DNA of 18,386 nt from Deltaproteobacteria bacterium TL4 (lineage in GTDB: Bacteria > SAR324 > NAC60-12), in assembly GCA_051382335.1 (NCBI GenBank), contig JBBCAX010000417.1, positions 1-18,386 on the forward strand, in the 5' to 3' direction. How positions within the stretch are numbered: the stretch's first letter is position 1; each line of letters opens with the position of its first letter. Below the pieces are notes generated by a model. The model was not told the DNA's origin and searched no databases. It worked only from the letters and a program-made list of their open reading frames with translations. The translations under genes were made by a program, and so were the position numbers. This document shows positions 8,655-16,099 of the stretch, piece after piece.

Positions 8655-9578
8655 TTATGTTGGCTCGCACACTCTGGTATCTTTATATTGGTGAAACATA
8701 ATTTTTCTTGGAAATTGATAACTGGCACATCCCACACAGGGGTGTCCTGCCCGGATACAGGTATTGGTATTGTCATTATGCCCCAGAGTAGAACAATCAT
8801 TATAGGTCACGGGGCCCTGACACCCCAGATGAAGCAAACAACCATCTTCGCCGATGACTGCAGCAAAATGGTTTTCCTGAAAATCCGCATAATAGAGACA
8901 CCGCTCATGGATGGTATGCTTGAATAAGTGTAAGGGGCGCAAGTGCTGATCCAGCTCAGGGAGTTTATTTAATTGCAGAAAGTGCAGCAGGGTGTAGGCC
9001 AAATGTTCAGGTTTCATAGGACAGTTGGGTAGATTCACCAAGGGATTAGTTATTTTTTCCTTTTGCAGAAATTCCTGAAGAGAAAGACTTCCGGTAACCA
9101 TACCTTCCATCTTGGTAACACCGCCAAAAACAGCACAAGTTCCAGCGCCAACATTGGCAATCGAATGAGAAGCCAGAAGTTCAACCCAATAAGCAATCGG
9201 TTTGCCTGCCATCATGCAGGCATGAGGCATTTGACCAGGAATAGCGCCTTCAAACACAAAGAGATATCCCCGCTTTGATTCGATCAGCGATTCGATCAGA
9301 AGCGGAACTTGATGCCCCGTGGCCAAGGACAAATCCGGATGAAAGACCAAATCAATAAAGCGTGTGATTAAATCGACGATGGAGATGGTTTCCAAATCCA
9401 GCAAAGACCCGGAACATCCGGAACAAGAAGTTCCATGAAGCCAAATCACTGCCGGTCTTTCTGACTTGTTCTGAGGTGCCGCCAACAGGTCCTCAAAGGA
9501 AAGAAAGGAGCTTGCGCCAATTCCCACCACCACTTCAAACATGCGTAATAGTACTTCTCTACGAGTGAGTTTCTCCAT
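8655..9578 (-). CDS. [NiFe]-hydrogenase small subunit with twin-arginine signal
   Basis: Start reassigned to ATG 9578 because of the AAAGGAG RBS. LTRREVLL Tat-like motif; proximal CSGC/GTC/NCP, distal HERC...GCL..LGCQGP, medial DC...TCIRAGHPCVGC. No C-terminal TM helix. Confidence 0.93.
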   Translation of the reverse strand: MEKLTRREVLLRMFEVVVGIGASSFLSFEDLLAAPQNKSERPAVIWLHGTSCSGCSGSLLDLETISIVDLITRFIDLVFHPDLSLATGHQVPLLIESLIESKRGYLFVFEGAIPGQMPHACMMAGKPIAYWVELLASHSIANVGAGTCAVFGGVTKMEGMVTGSLSLQEFLQKEKITNPLVNLPNCPMKPEHLAYTLLHFLQLNKLPELDQHLRPLHLFKHTIHERCLYYADFQENHFAAVIGEDGCLLHLGCQGPVTYNDCSTLGHNDNTNTCIRAGHPCVGCASYQFPRKIMFHQYKDTRVCEPT

Positions 9579-9598
9579 GAGGTCTCCTTTGGATAGTT

Positions 9599-11152
9599 TT
9601 AATGAACCGAGCAGGCCATACAAGGATCAACTGACCGGATAATTCTTAAAAGCTCAAGGGGATGTTGGGAGTTCGCCACTTTGGTTCCAATCAACATTTG
9701 TTCGACAAAGCCACGTTTTCCCTGGGAATCTTTAGGGGACAGATTCCATGTGGTCGGTACAATTAAATCATAGTTCCGAATGTAGCCCTTTTCATCAGTT
9801 TCAAGCCAGTGTCCCAACGCCCCACGGGAAGCTTCTGTCAGGCCAACGCCTCTACGGGACTTAGGAACATCCATTTCGACAAAGGCTTTTTGATCAGGGC
9901 GGACGGCGGCAAGATCTTCCTTCAGTTTTTCAATCATTAACAGCGACGTCAGCATTCTGGATAAATGTCGGCCCATCACAGAGTCATAATCGTCAAGGCT
10001 AATCCCCAATTGACGATTCGTCTGATCCAGCAGTTGAGTCAAACGTGGATTTTTTCCACTGCGATAGGTGTTTATCAATCTTGCGGCAGGGCCGACCTGC
10101 ATCACATGACCGTTGTATCTTGGCGCTTTGGTCCAACTGTATTTTCCCCCCTCCCGTTGCTGCTCCTTTTCAAAGGCAGCTTCATCTAAAGGCGTTAATT
10201 TATTTTGTGCTAACGGGCGAACGTCAGAGGAGGGCTTGTCATTGTAGTAGGAATAGGTGTGGTCTTCCGAAATTTTATCAGGATCCAAGGGTTCATACAC
10301 CCCCTGAATGGAAACGCCCCCTTGAATCATAGGTGTCTCCCCGTTGGCATCAGGCATAAAAGGATAGGACAATAAGTTCCCGTTGCCCCGACCTATTTGA
10401 AAATACCTTCGAAATTGAGAAGCAACCGCTACAACATCATTGTAATACGCTTGAGTAATAAAAGCTTCCGCCTGTTCAAGGAAACTTTGAAACCGAGCAA
10501 GCTTAAGGGGCGTTGGTATTGTCGTAACACCACCGGCTTCCATCGTAACGGGATGAGGGGCTTTCCCACCAAAAAGAGCCACCATTTTATGAATGTCCGC
10601 CATCACCGGAAGGGCCTCCGCATAGTGTTTGATGGCACTGAAATTGGAAGCGCTGTCTTTATTATAATCACCTTCATAGCGTGGAAGAAAGGGACTTGCG
10701 GGAAAAACGCTGTTGCTTTCAAGTTCAGCTTTGACCCAGTTTCTCAAGTAAACCAGCGTTGCGTCCTTCCCCTGATATTGAAGTACGGCGGCAATATCGA
10801 TGAAATCCAAAGCGCATAAATAGTAAAAATGAAGCAAATTATCAGACAGTTGATAGGCGCCGACAATCAGATTTCGCAGTAACTGTCCATTCGAATTAGG
10901 CTTAATCCCCATTGCGTTTTCCAACGCCAAAGACGCGGCCTCCGCATGAGCATAGGGGCAAATACCACAAACACGCTGCGTGACTTGCTGTGCCACTCGA
11001 GCGTCATATCCTATCAATGCCTTTTCAATACCTCGAAACATTTCTGAGCTTGCCTTAACACCCACCACGACATTGTCCTGGATCTCAGCTTCAATCTTCA
11101 AATGTCCCTCAATCCGGGTGACCGGATCAATGATTATCTTGTTGTATCCCAT
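9599..11152 (-). CDS. [NiFe]-hydrogenase large subunit (group 1-like), lacking the C-terminal extension
   Basis: IDPVTRIEGHL, MFRGIE, L1 QRVCGICPYAH, HFY.L.ALD, YSWTKAPRY, EASRGALGHW, VPTTWN, L2 DPCMACSVH followed immediately by TAA. AGGAG RBS. Confidence 0.96.
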   Translation of the reverse strand: MGYNKIIIDPVTRIEGHLKIEAEIQDNVVVGVKASSEMFRGIEKALIGYDARVAQQVTQRVCGICPYAHAEAASLALENAMGIKPNSNGQLLRNLIVGAYQLSDNLLHFYYLCALDFIDIAAVLQYQGKDATLVYLRNWVKAELESNSVFPASPFLPRYEGDYNKDSASNFSAIKHYAEALPVMADIHKMVALFGGKAPHPVTMEAGGVTTIPTPLKLARFQSFLEQAEAFITQAYYNDVVAVASQFRRYFQIGRGNGNLLSYPFMPDANGETPMIQGGVSIQGVYEPLDPDKISEDHTYSYYNDKPSSDVRPLAQNKLTPLDEAAFEKEQQREGGKYSWTKAPRYNGHVMQVGPAARLINTYRSGKNPRLTQLLDQTNRQLGISLDDYDSVMGRHLSRMLTSLLMIEKLKEDLAAVRPDQKAFVEMDVPKSRRGVGLTEASRGALGHWLETDEKGYIRNYDLIVPTTWNLSPKDSQGKRGFVEQMLIGTKVANSQHPLELLRIIRSVDPCMACSVH

Positions 11153-11320
11153 GCTCTCCTGCTCCTATAAGTTATGTGTCCTCCCTCTTCGCTGTATGCC
11201 AAATTAATCCAACACAGTCTAGTTAAAAATACAATTATTCGCTTCAAGCTATAGAGGTTCATTTAAATAAATTCAGAAAACTCATCCTGTTGCGAGATCC
11301 GTTGAAACAACGCTGTTTCA

Positions 11321-11396
11321 GGAGTACCAAAGCTTGCTTTGGCCAGAAAGTCGAAAATCTTTCTTTGCCTTTGGCCAAAGCAAGCTTTGGCACTCC
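11321..11396. repeat. REP-like inverted doublet (GGAG-type)
   Basis: GGAGTACCAAAGCTTGCTTTGGCCA (11321-11345) and its inverse (11372-11396) match 24/25. Each arm contains the hairpin CCAAAGC-NN-GCTTTGG. Confidence 0.85.
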
Positions 11397-11412
11397 ACAG
11401 TCGGGGGTAGAC

Positions 11413-12732
11413 TCAAATGAATTTATTAATTTCTTCCATACGCTCCACCTCGCTTTTTAAAAAGTGGAAGCATGTTTGAGAGGCGCCTTTTTGGGATTCA
11501 ACAAAATGTTGCACTTGTTGCCCTAATTGAAGACATCGCTCTCGATTGCCCAGGTGTGTCCATAAAACTTGATGAAACTCGTTGGGCGTACTTACGGTTG
11601 AGGCCAATTGATGCGCTACCATGTGCTTGGCTTCAGGTGAATTATGGAAGCGTGGTCCAAAAATTACAGGAACCCCCATGGCACAGGGTTCCAGGGTGTT
11701 ATGGACCCCTGTCGTGAACGCGCCTCCGATGTAAGCCAAATGTCCAGCCTCATAAAGGGAGGAGAGGATACCGACGGTATCCATGAGAATGATCCGAACT
11801 TCCGCTGTTTTTTCGTTGAGCTGTGACCAGCGGACCAAAGGAAATTCATGGAAAAACGTTTCACTCGGCTTTAGATGCGATTCCATGGGCTCATGCGGAA
11901 CAATCAGCAGCAACAAGTCGGGAAATTGTGTCAGCGCGGCTTTAAGTGCGGGGAAAATACAGTCTTCGTCCGGAGGCCAGGTACTCCCCGCAATGAAGAC
12001 AAAACGTTGCGCGACGTAATCGGGTAACTTTAGCGAAGGGAGTTGAGCTCTGCGCTGAAGCACACTATCAACCCGTGTGTCTCCGGTCACTTCGATTTTA
12101 GGATGCTCAGGATTGGTCAACAGCAAGCGCTGCTTGTCTTCAAGGGTAACGGTAAAGATTGCGTTCAGGCAAGGGTAGAGTGTCCGAAAAAGGGAGCGCC
12201 CCCAGGGTGTTTTGATTTTTGCGGATTGGGGTGACAGGGAACAGGAAATCAAGAGTTGAGGAAGGCGTTGGGCATAAGCTTCCCAAACCAGGTTTGGCCA
12301 AAGGTCAAATTTAACATAAACAATGGCGGAAGGATGTAAAATTGCCAAACATTGCCGCACATTATAAAGAGAATCAAAAGGCAGATAATCCGCTAGCAGC
12401 GGAGGATTGTTTTCAGGAAATTTTGTTTTTTGAATCCATTTGTAGCCGTTGACCGAGGTGAAGGTTAACGCATATTCCCATCCATATTGGTAACATTCAT
12501 TCAGCAGAGGTTGTGCCTGTAAAAATTCACCGGCACTCGCGACATGGAACCAAACCAGGGGTTTATGTAAATCTCTCCGATTGCCTTGTTTTTCCAAGCG
12601 GTCCCCAAATCCCTTGCGTCCTTTTAAAGCCGCCCGAAGATTGGCGTTACGGAAACTGACGAGTTTCGCAAGGAGCCAGAGGCAGGGCAAGAAAAACCAG
12701 TTATAAAGTAAAGCCCATGTTTGTTGTTTCAT
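11413..12732 (-). CDS. waaA: 3-deoxy-D-manno-octulosonic acid (Kdo) transferase
   Basis: VWFHVASAGEF, YLPFD, LWPN, VTGDT..D, IAGST, IVPH, DTVGIL..LY, HNTLEP...GVPVIFGP are GT30/KdtA motifs. Confidence 0.9.
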   Translation of the reverse strand: MKQQTWALLYNWFFLPCLWLLAKLVSFRNANLRAALKGRKGFGDRLEKQGNRRDLHKPLVWFHVASAGEFLQAQPLLNECYQYGWEYALTFTSVNGYKWIQKTKFPENNPPLLADYLPFDSLYNVRQCLAILHPSAIVYVKFDLWPNLVWEAYAQRLPQLLISCSLSPQSAKIKTPWGRSLFRTLYPCLNAIFTVTLEDKQRLLLTNPEHPKIEVTGDTRVDSVLQRRAQLPSLKLPDYVAQRFVFIAGSTWPPDEDCIFPALKAALTQFPDLLLLIVPHEPMESHLKPSETFFHEFPLVRWSQLNEKTAEVRIILMDTVGILSSLYEAGHLAYIGGAFTTGVHNTLEPCAMGVPVIFGPRFHNSPEAKHMVAHQLASTVSTPNEFHQVLWTHLGNRERCLQLGQQVQHFVESQKGASQTCFHFLKSEVERMEEINKFI

Positions 12733-12752
12733 TGTTTCATCCGGAGAAGGGT

Positions 12753-14195
12753 TCAGTTGGGTTCATCTTGGAAAGAGCTAGGTAAAATATTAAACGGGAG
12801 AACCTTGATTAAAATGGCCAAAACAATGATTCCCGCAGGCAGGCAAAAGATCGCAAGCGCGGGAATAGTTTTGAGGATGTCCATTAACTGTTCCCTGACT
12901 TTGGCTTTTTCTTCAGAGGTAAGAGACTCCGTCGTGGATTTGACCAACAACATGTAGAGTTCCTTGGTTTCCTGAATTTCTGTAACAATTCGATCCATGT
13001 TTAACTTAAGCTGCTCTTTGACACGGTTCCGAAAATGCTGTTCCATTTTGGTGACCGCGGGATTGTCTTTGAGAAAATTAAAACGCGACCCCTCTTTGGC
13101 AAAAAAGGCGCCAACGGAACAATATAAAAGATCAACGTTTTCCTCACTCAATTTTAAGGTTTGGGCGACTTTGATAATGGTTTCCAACTCTTGCGGCACT
13201 TGTTGATTATCAATCAGCGAGAGCAAGATCAAGCGTTCCAGCAGATATTTTTTCAATAGAAGGTGTGGGATTTTCAAGGGGATTTCTTCAAGCCGCATGT
13301 ATTGACTCATCCGCTCTTCCAGGAGCATTTGTAATTCAAGAGGAAAATTCCCCTGAGTGATGTATTGTTTCAGCATCTGAATTTCAACATCAGCCAAGTG
13401 TCCATCAGACCAGATCAACACGCCAAAAACCAAAATAAGTTGCAACCTAAGATTGAATTCTTGCTCCAGAGCATCAGAGAGTTTTATAGGAGAGGTCGCG
13501 GTCTTTCTTAAATTTTCAGAATGCCACCTGAAAAAATAATAAAGTTTAGGAAACACAAAACTGTTTTGTAAACTGCTGATATGGGAATGTTGTAGATTTT
13601 TTATATTAACTTTTTCGGTGATTTGTTCTTCAACGCGGTTGACAGCTTTTAAAAAATCCCCGTTATTTTTTAACAAAAAAGATAAGGGAACATTAGACGG
13701 AAAGTTAAAAGGAGTTTGAGGCAAATAGAAAGCGATGATTTTTCTCATGACATAGGTCATCCGCAATTCATACGACCGCTGAAAAGGCACGAGGAGTTGA
13801 TGTTCTTCAATGGCGACAGAAAACAACATTTCTACATAAGCCAGCAAGGCTTCTCCATTCGATTTGGGAAAGTTCAAATAGCTCACATTGTCTTTTTGCG
13901 AGTCACTCAGGATGGGGCAGCCAAAAAACAAACCATTCTGCTGAGCGACGCCGTAAAGTCGTTCATCCAGGGTTTCCCGATCATAAGCGGGTAACGGAGG
14001 ATAATGGTAGGCCTCGATTTTTTCAAAAGGGATTCGAAGGCGGTACTCAAGGTAGCGTTGAAGCCACCCTTGGAACCGTCTCATTTTCAAACGATTATTC
14101 CATTTTTTTATGGAGGCGAAGAGGGAATACAAGGAGATCAATCGCCACTTAATAAAGGTATTCACCTTTCTCCTCATCATGATTATCTTGTTCAT
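12753..14195 (-). CDS. LETM1-related protein with TerB-like central domain
   Basis: IWSDGHLADVE and LIDNQQVPQE...I..VA..L.L are TerB-like. The C-terminal EL..LL.KS....LT.EEK.KVREQL.DI.KTIPALAIF.LP.G...L..L.K......LPSSF is typical of bacterial LETM1-like proteins. The start is uncertain. Confidence 0.65.
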   Translation of the reverse strand: MNKIIMMRRKVNTFIKWRLISLYSLFASIKKWNNRLKMRRFQGWLQRYLEYRLRIPFEKIEAYHYPPLPAYDRETLDERLYGVAQQNGLFFGCPILSDSQKDNVSYLNFPKSNGEALLAYVEMLFSVAIEEHQLLVPFQRSYELRMTYVMRKIIAFYLPQTPFNFPSNVPLSFLLKNNGDFLKAVNRVEEQITEKVNIKNLQHSHISSLQNSFVFPKLYYFFRWHSENLRKTATSPIKLSDALEQEFNLRLQLILVFGVLIWSDGHLADVEIQMLKQYITQGNFPLELQMLLEERMSQYMRLEEIPLKIPHLLLKKYLLERLILLSLIDNQQVPQELETIIKVAQTLKLSEENVDLLYCSVGAFFAKEGSRFNFLKDNPAVTKMEQHFRNRVKEQLKLNMDRIVTEIQETKELYMLLVKSTTESLTSEEKAKVREQLMDILKTIPALAIFCLPAGIIVLAILIKVLPFNILPSSFQDEPN

Positions 14196-14357
14196 TTGAT
14201 GGTACGCTTTGTGAAGGTTTCTATTGCTTTCACTTCCTTTATATCATTCTTCATGGAGTCTGTGGAGAGAAAATTGACAAAGATTTATTAATCTCTTAGG
14301 ATTTGTCTTAACATGCAATACATACTCAGGTTTTCTAAAAACAGTTTAGAAGACGCT

Positions 14358-14462
14358 TATAGTGCTCAAGATAAGTTTTGTCCTGGGAGCGCGGGCGTCC
14401 CGCCCGCTTTTGCGGGCAAGATGCCCGCGCTCCCAGGGAAAAAACTTTCCTGGACAGCTATA
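14358..14462. mobile_element. putative TA-flanked MITE-like element enclosing a GC-rich REP doublet
   Basis: Imperfect terminal inverted repeats TATAG-TGCTCAAGATAAGTTT / AAACTTTCCTGGACAG-CTATA enclose CCTGGGAGCGCGGGCGTCCCGCCCGC (14382-14407) and its inverse (14412-14437; 23/26). Confidence 0.55.
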
Positions 14463-14479
14463 CACAGGTAGTTTGAATT

Positions 14480-14603
14480 GGCTACTCACTTAAAGCGAGA
14501 CTTTGGTAGGCGGGGATTACATGCCCCGCTTTTCTGAGCGTTGAGGTTGCCGGACACGTAGTTCCGGCCTACCATCGAGGTGTCCCGGGTTAAGTGAGTA
14601 GCC
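14480..14603. mobile_element. 124-bp MITE (IS1595-like ends) with 8-bp target duplication and internal GTAG-type REP doublet
   Basis: Perfect 14-bp TIR GGCTACTCACTTAA (14480-14493) / TTAAGTGAGTAGCC (14590-14603), flanked by TTTGAATT at 14472-14479 and 14604-14611. Internal GGTAGGCGGG...CCCGC / GCCGGA...TCCGGCCTACC. Confidence 0.85.
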
Positions 14604-14708
14604 TTTGAATTTTATGTTAGGGACCGCCCGTTCCCAAAGGCCTCAAGATAAGTTTGGTTCAAGGACAGGCTTATTGTTAATAGCAAAAAACACACAAAAA
14701 ACACTAAA

Positions 14709-16094
14709 ATGAAAAAAAGAATTTTACTCTCAGGCTTGGGCTTAGGGTGCAGTCTGACCTTGCTTTGGGCCGCAAGCTTGGTGACGCAGGAACTATTCAC
14801 CCGGTATTCCCGGGAAGTGGTTAGCCACTTTGTTCAATTGACCTTTCAGGGAGAACGTTATCCGCTGATGCATGCTATTTCGGATTTACGTTTTAAAGTA
14901 TTTTCACACGAATTGAAGATTCAAAACCGTATGGAGACCCAGGCTTGTTCCGAACGGCGTAATTACGGTCGTGAAGTTCCGGAGGCGCAACATACTTTTT
15001 GCGCAAAATACGATGAACTGATTGACTTGGCTAAAAACGCGGTCGCCAACGCGGATACTTTTGAGAGGATGTACGTACTTATGGAACCATGGCTGTTGCA
15101 AGAGATTGAAAGACTACGGGCACGGAAATCCATTAAACTGTGGGTGACACGTAAATTAAATTGTTTGGATAACCAAACGTCGTGTGGCCGGGATGAGCGT
15201 CAAATGTTCCAGCGGGTTACCGGATGGAATGCTGAGATCATCCAGGTGTACCGTAAAAATATGGTGAACCTTGTCAAAAAACTTTTTCCAGAAGAGCAAA
15301 AATCACTTTTAGTGGGGACGACCCTCATGGACTCCCCCTGTAATGCCACAGAAAACATCCGGGAAATTACCATCAAAAAAGGCATGGTCCGTATTCCGGG
15401 AGGCTTGTTTGAAATGGGTAGCGACCAAGGACGTCCGGATGAGAAACCTGTGCATGAGGTTCAGCTTGATACTTTTTGGATCGACCGGTGTGAAGTTACC
15501 AATTTGCAATTTCTGCAATTTGTGGCGGACAATCCCTCCCTGAGAAAAAGCACCTTCCCTCGTCAATTTCACGATGGTAATTACTTGAATTTATGGTTGG
15601 ATGATTTGCAACCTCCTGCCGGTAAAAATAACCATCCTGTGACTTATGTTTCCTGGTTTGCTGCCCGTTACTACTGTGATGCCCTGGATAAAAGGTTAGT
15701 CTCTGAAGCTGAATGGGAAAAAGCAGTCCGGGCAAACGCCTCCAGTCTTTATTTTTTTGGTGAGGATCCCAAGCGTTTGGGGGAATTTGCCTGGTATAAC
15801 CAAAATTCTGAAAAACTCTTACATAAAGTGGCTTCCCGAAGTCCGAATCCGTTTGAACTTTATGATATGCTCGGCAACGTTTGGGAGTGGGTTTACGATT
15901 GGTACTCCCCTTACCCTGAGCTTGAAACGCTCAACCCACAAGGTCCCACTGTCGGGAAATATCGAGTTTTGCGAGGGGGAGCCTGGGAAAGTCCAGATCA
16001 CTATTTGAGAGTTTCTGTAAGAGGTGATGAGTCCCCTGTAATCACGAGGCCGGAGGTAGGCTTTCGTTGCGCGTCAGATACCTCACCTGAATAA
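14709..16094 (+). CDS. formylglycine-generating enzyme (SUMF1/FGE-sulfatase) domain protein with N-terminal membrane anchor or signal
   Basis: MVRIPGG.FEMGS...DEKPVHEV.L..FWID..EVTN, HPV..VSW..A..YC....KRL.SEAEWEKA, PNPF.LYDMLGNVWEW..DWY, RV.RGG.W, GFRCA. Confidence 0.9.
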   Translation: MKKRILLSGLGLGCSLTLLWAASLVTQELFTRYSREVVSHFVQLTFQGERYPLMHAISDLRFKVFSHELKIQNRMETQACSERRNYGREVPEAQHTFCAKYDELIDLAKNAVANADTFERMYVLMEPWLLQEIERLRARKSIKLWVTRKLNCLDNQTSCGRDERQMFQRVTGWNAEIIQVYRKNMVNLVKKLFPEEQKSLLVGTTLMDSPCNATENIREITIKKGMVRIPGGLFEMGSDQGRPDEKPVHEVQLDTFWIDRCEVTNLQFLQFVADNPSLRKSTFPRQFHDGNYLNLWLDDLQPPAGKNNHPVTYVSWFAARYYCDALDKRLVSEAEWEKAVRANASSLYFFGEDPKRLGEFAWYNQNSEKLLHKVASRSPNPFELYDMLGNVWEWVYDWYSPYPELETLNPQGPTVGKYRVLRGGAWESPDHYLRVSVRGDESPVITRPEVGFRCASDTSPE

Positions 16095-16099
16095 GGAGA

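Noticed and set aside
9579..9623. ORF-track start of the small subunit at 9623
   Set aside because: It overlaps the large-subunit L2 motif. ATG 9578 has a strong AAAGGAG RBS and puts the twin-arginine motif at the N-terminus.
9602..9628. Possible [NiFeSe] hydrogenase (selenocysteine)
   Set aside because: Despite similarity to NiFeSe-type sequences, L2 is DPCMAC with an ordinary Cys codon and no in-frame TGA.
11185..11203. Sigma54 promoter for the hydrogenase unit (TTGGCAT on the - strand)
   Set aside because: The -24 element is present but there is no TTGC/GC at the required -12 position.
6845..11207. Numerous + strand ORFs opposite the MCP and hydrogenase genes
   Set aside because: Antisense shadows of well-supported genes, with no motifs or RBS evidence.
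14358..14655. Repeat cluster as a CRISPR array or structured ncRNA/riboswitch
   Set aside because: There are no regularly spaced direct repeats with spacers and no cas genes. The structures are inverted doublets with TIRs and target duplications, fitting REP/MITE elements.
14709..16094. DGR target (FGE-type C-lectin fold) with a variable repeat
   Set aside because: I saw no template-repeat copy of the 3' end and no reverse transcriptase in the window.
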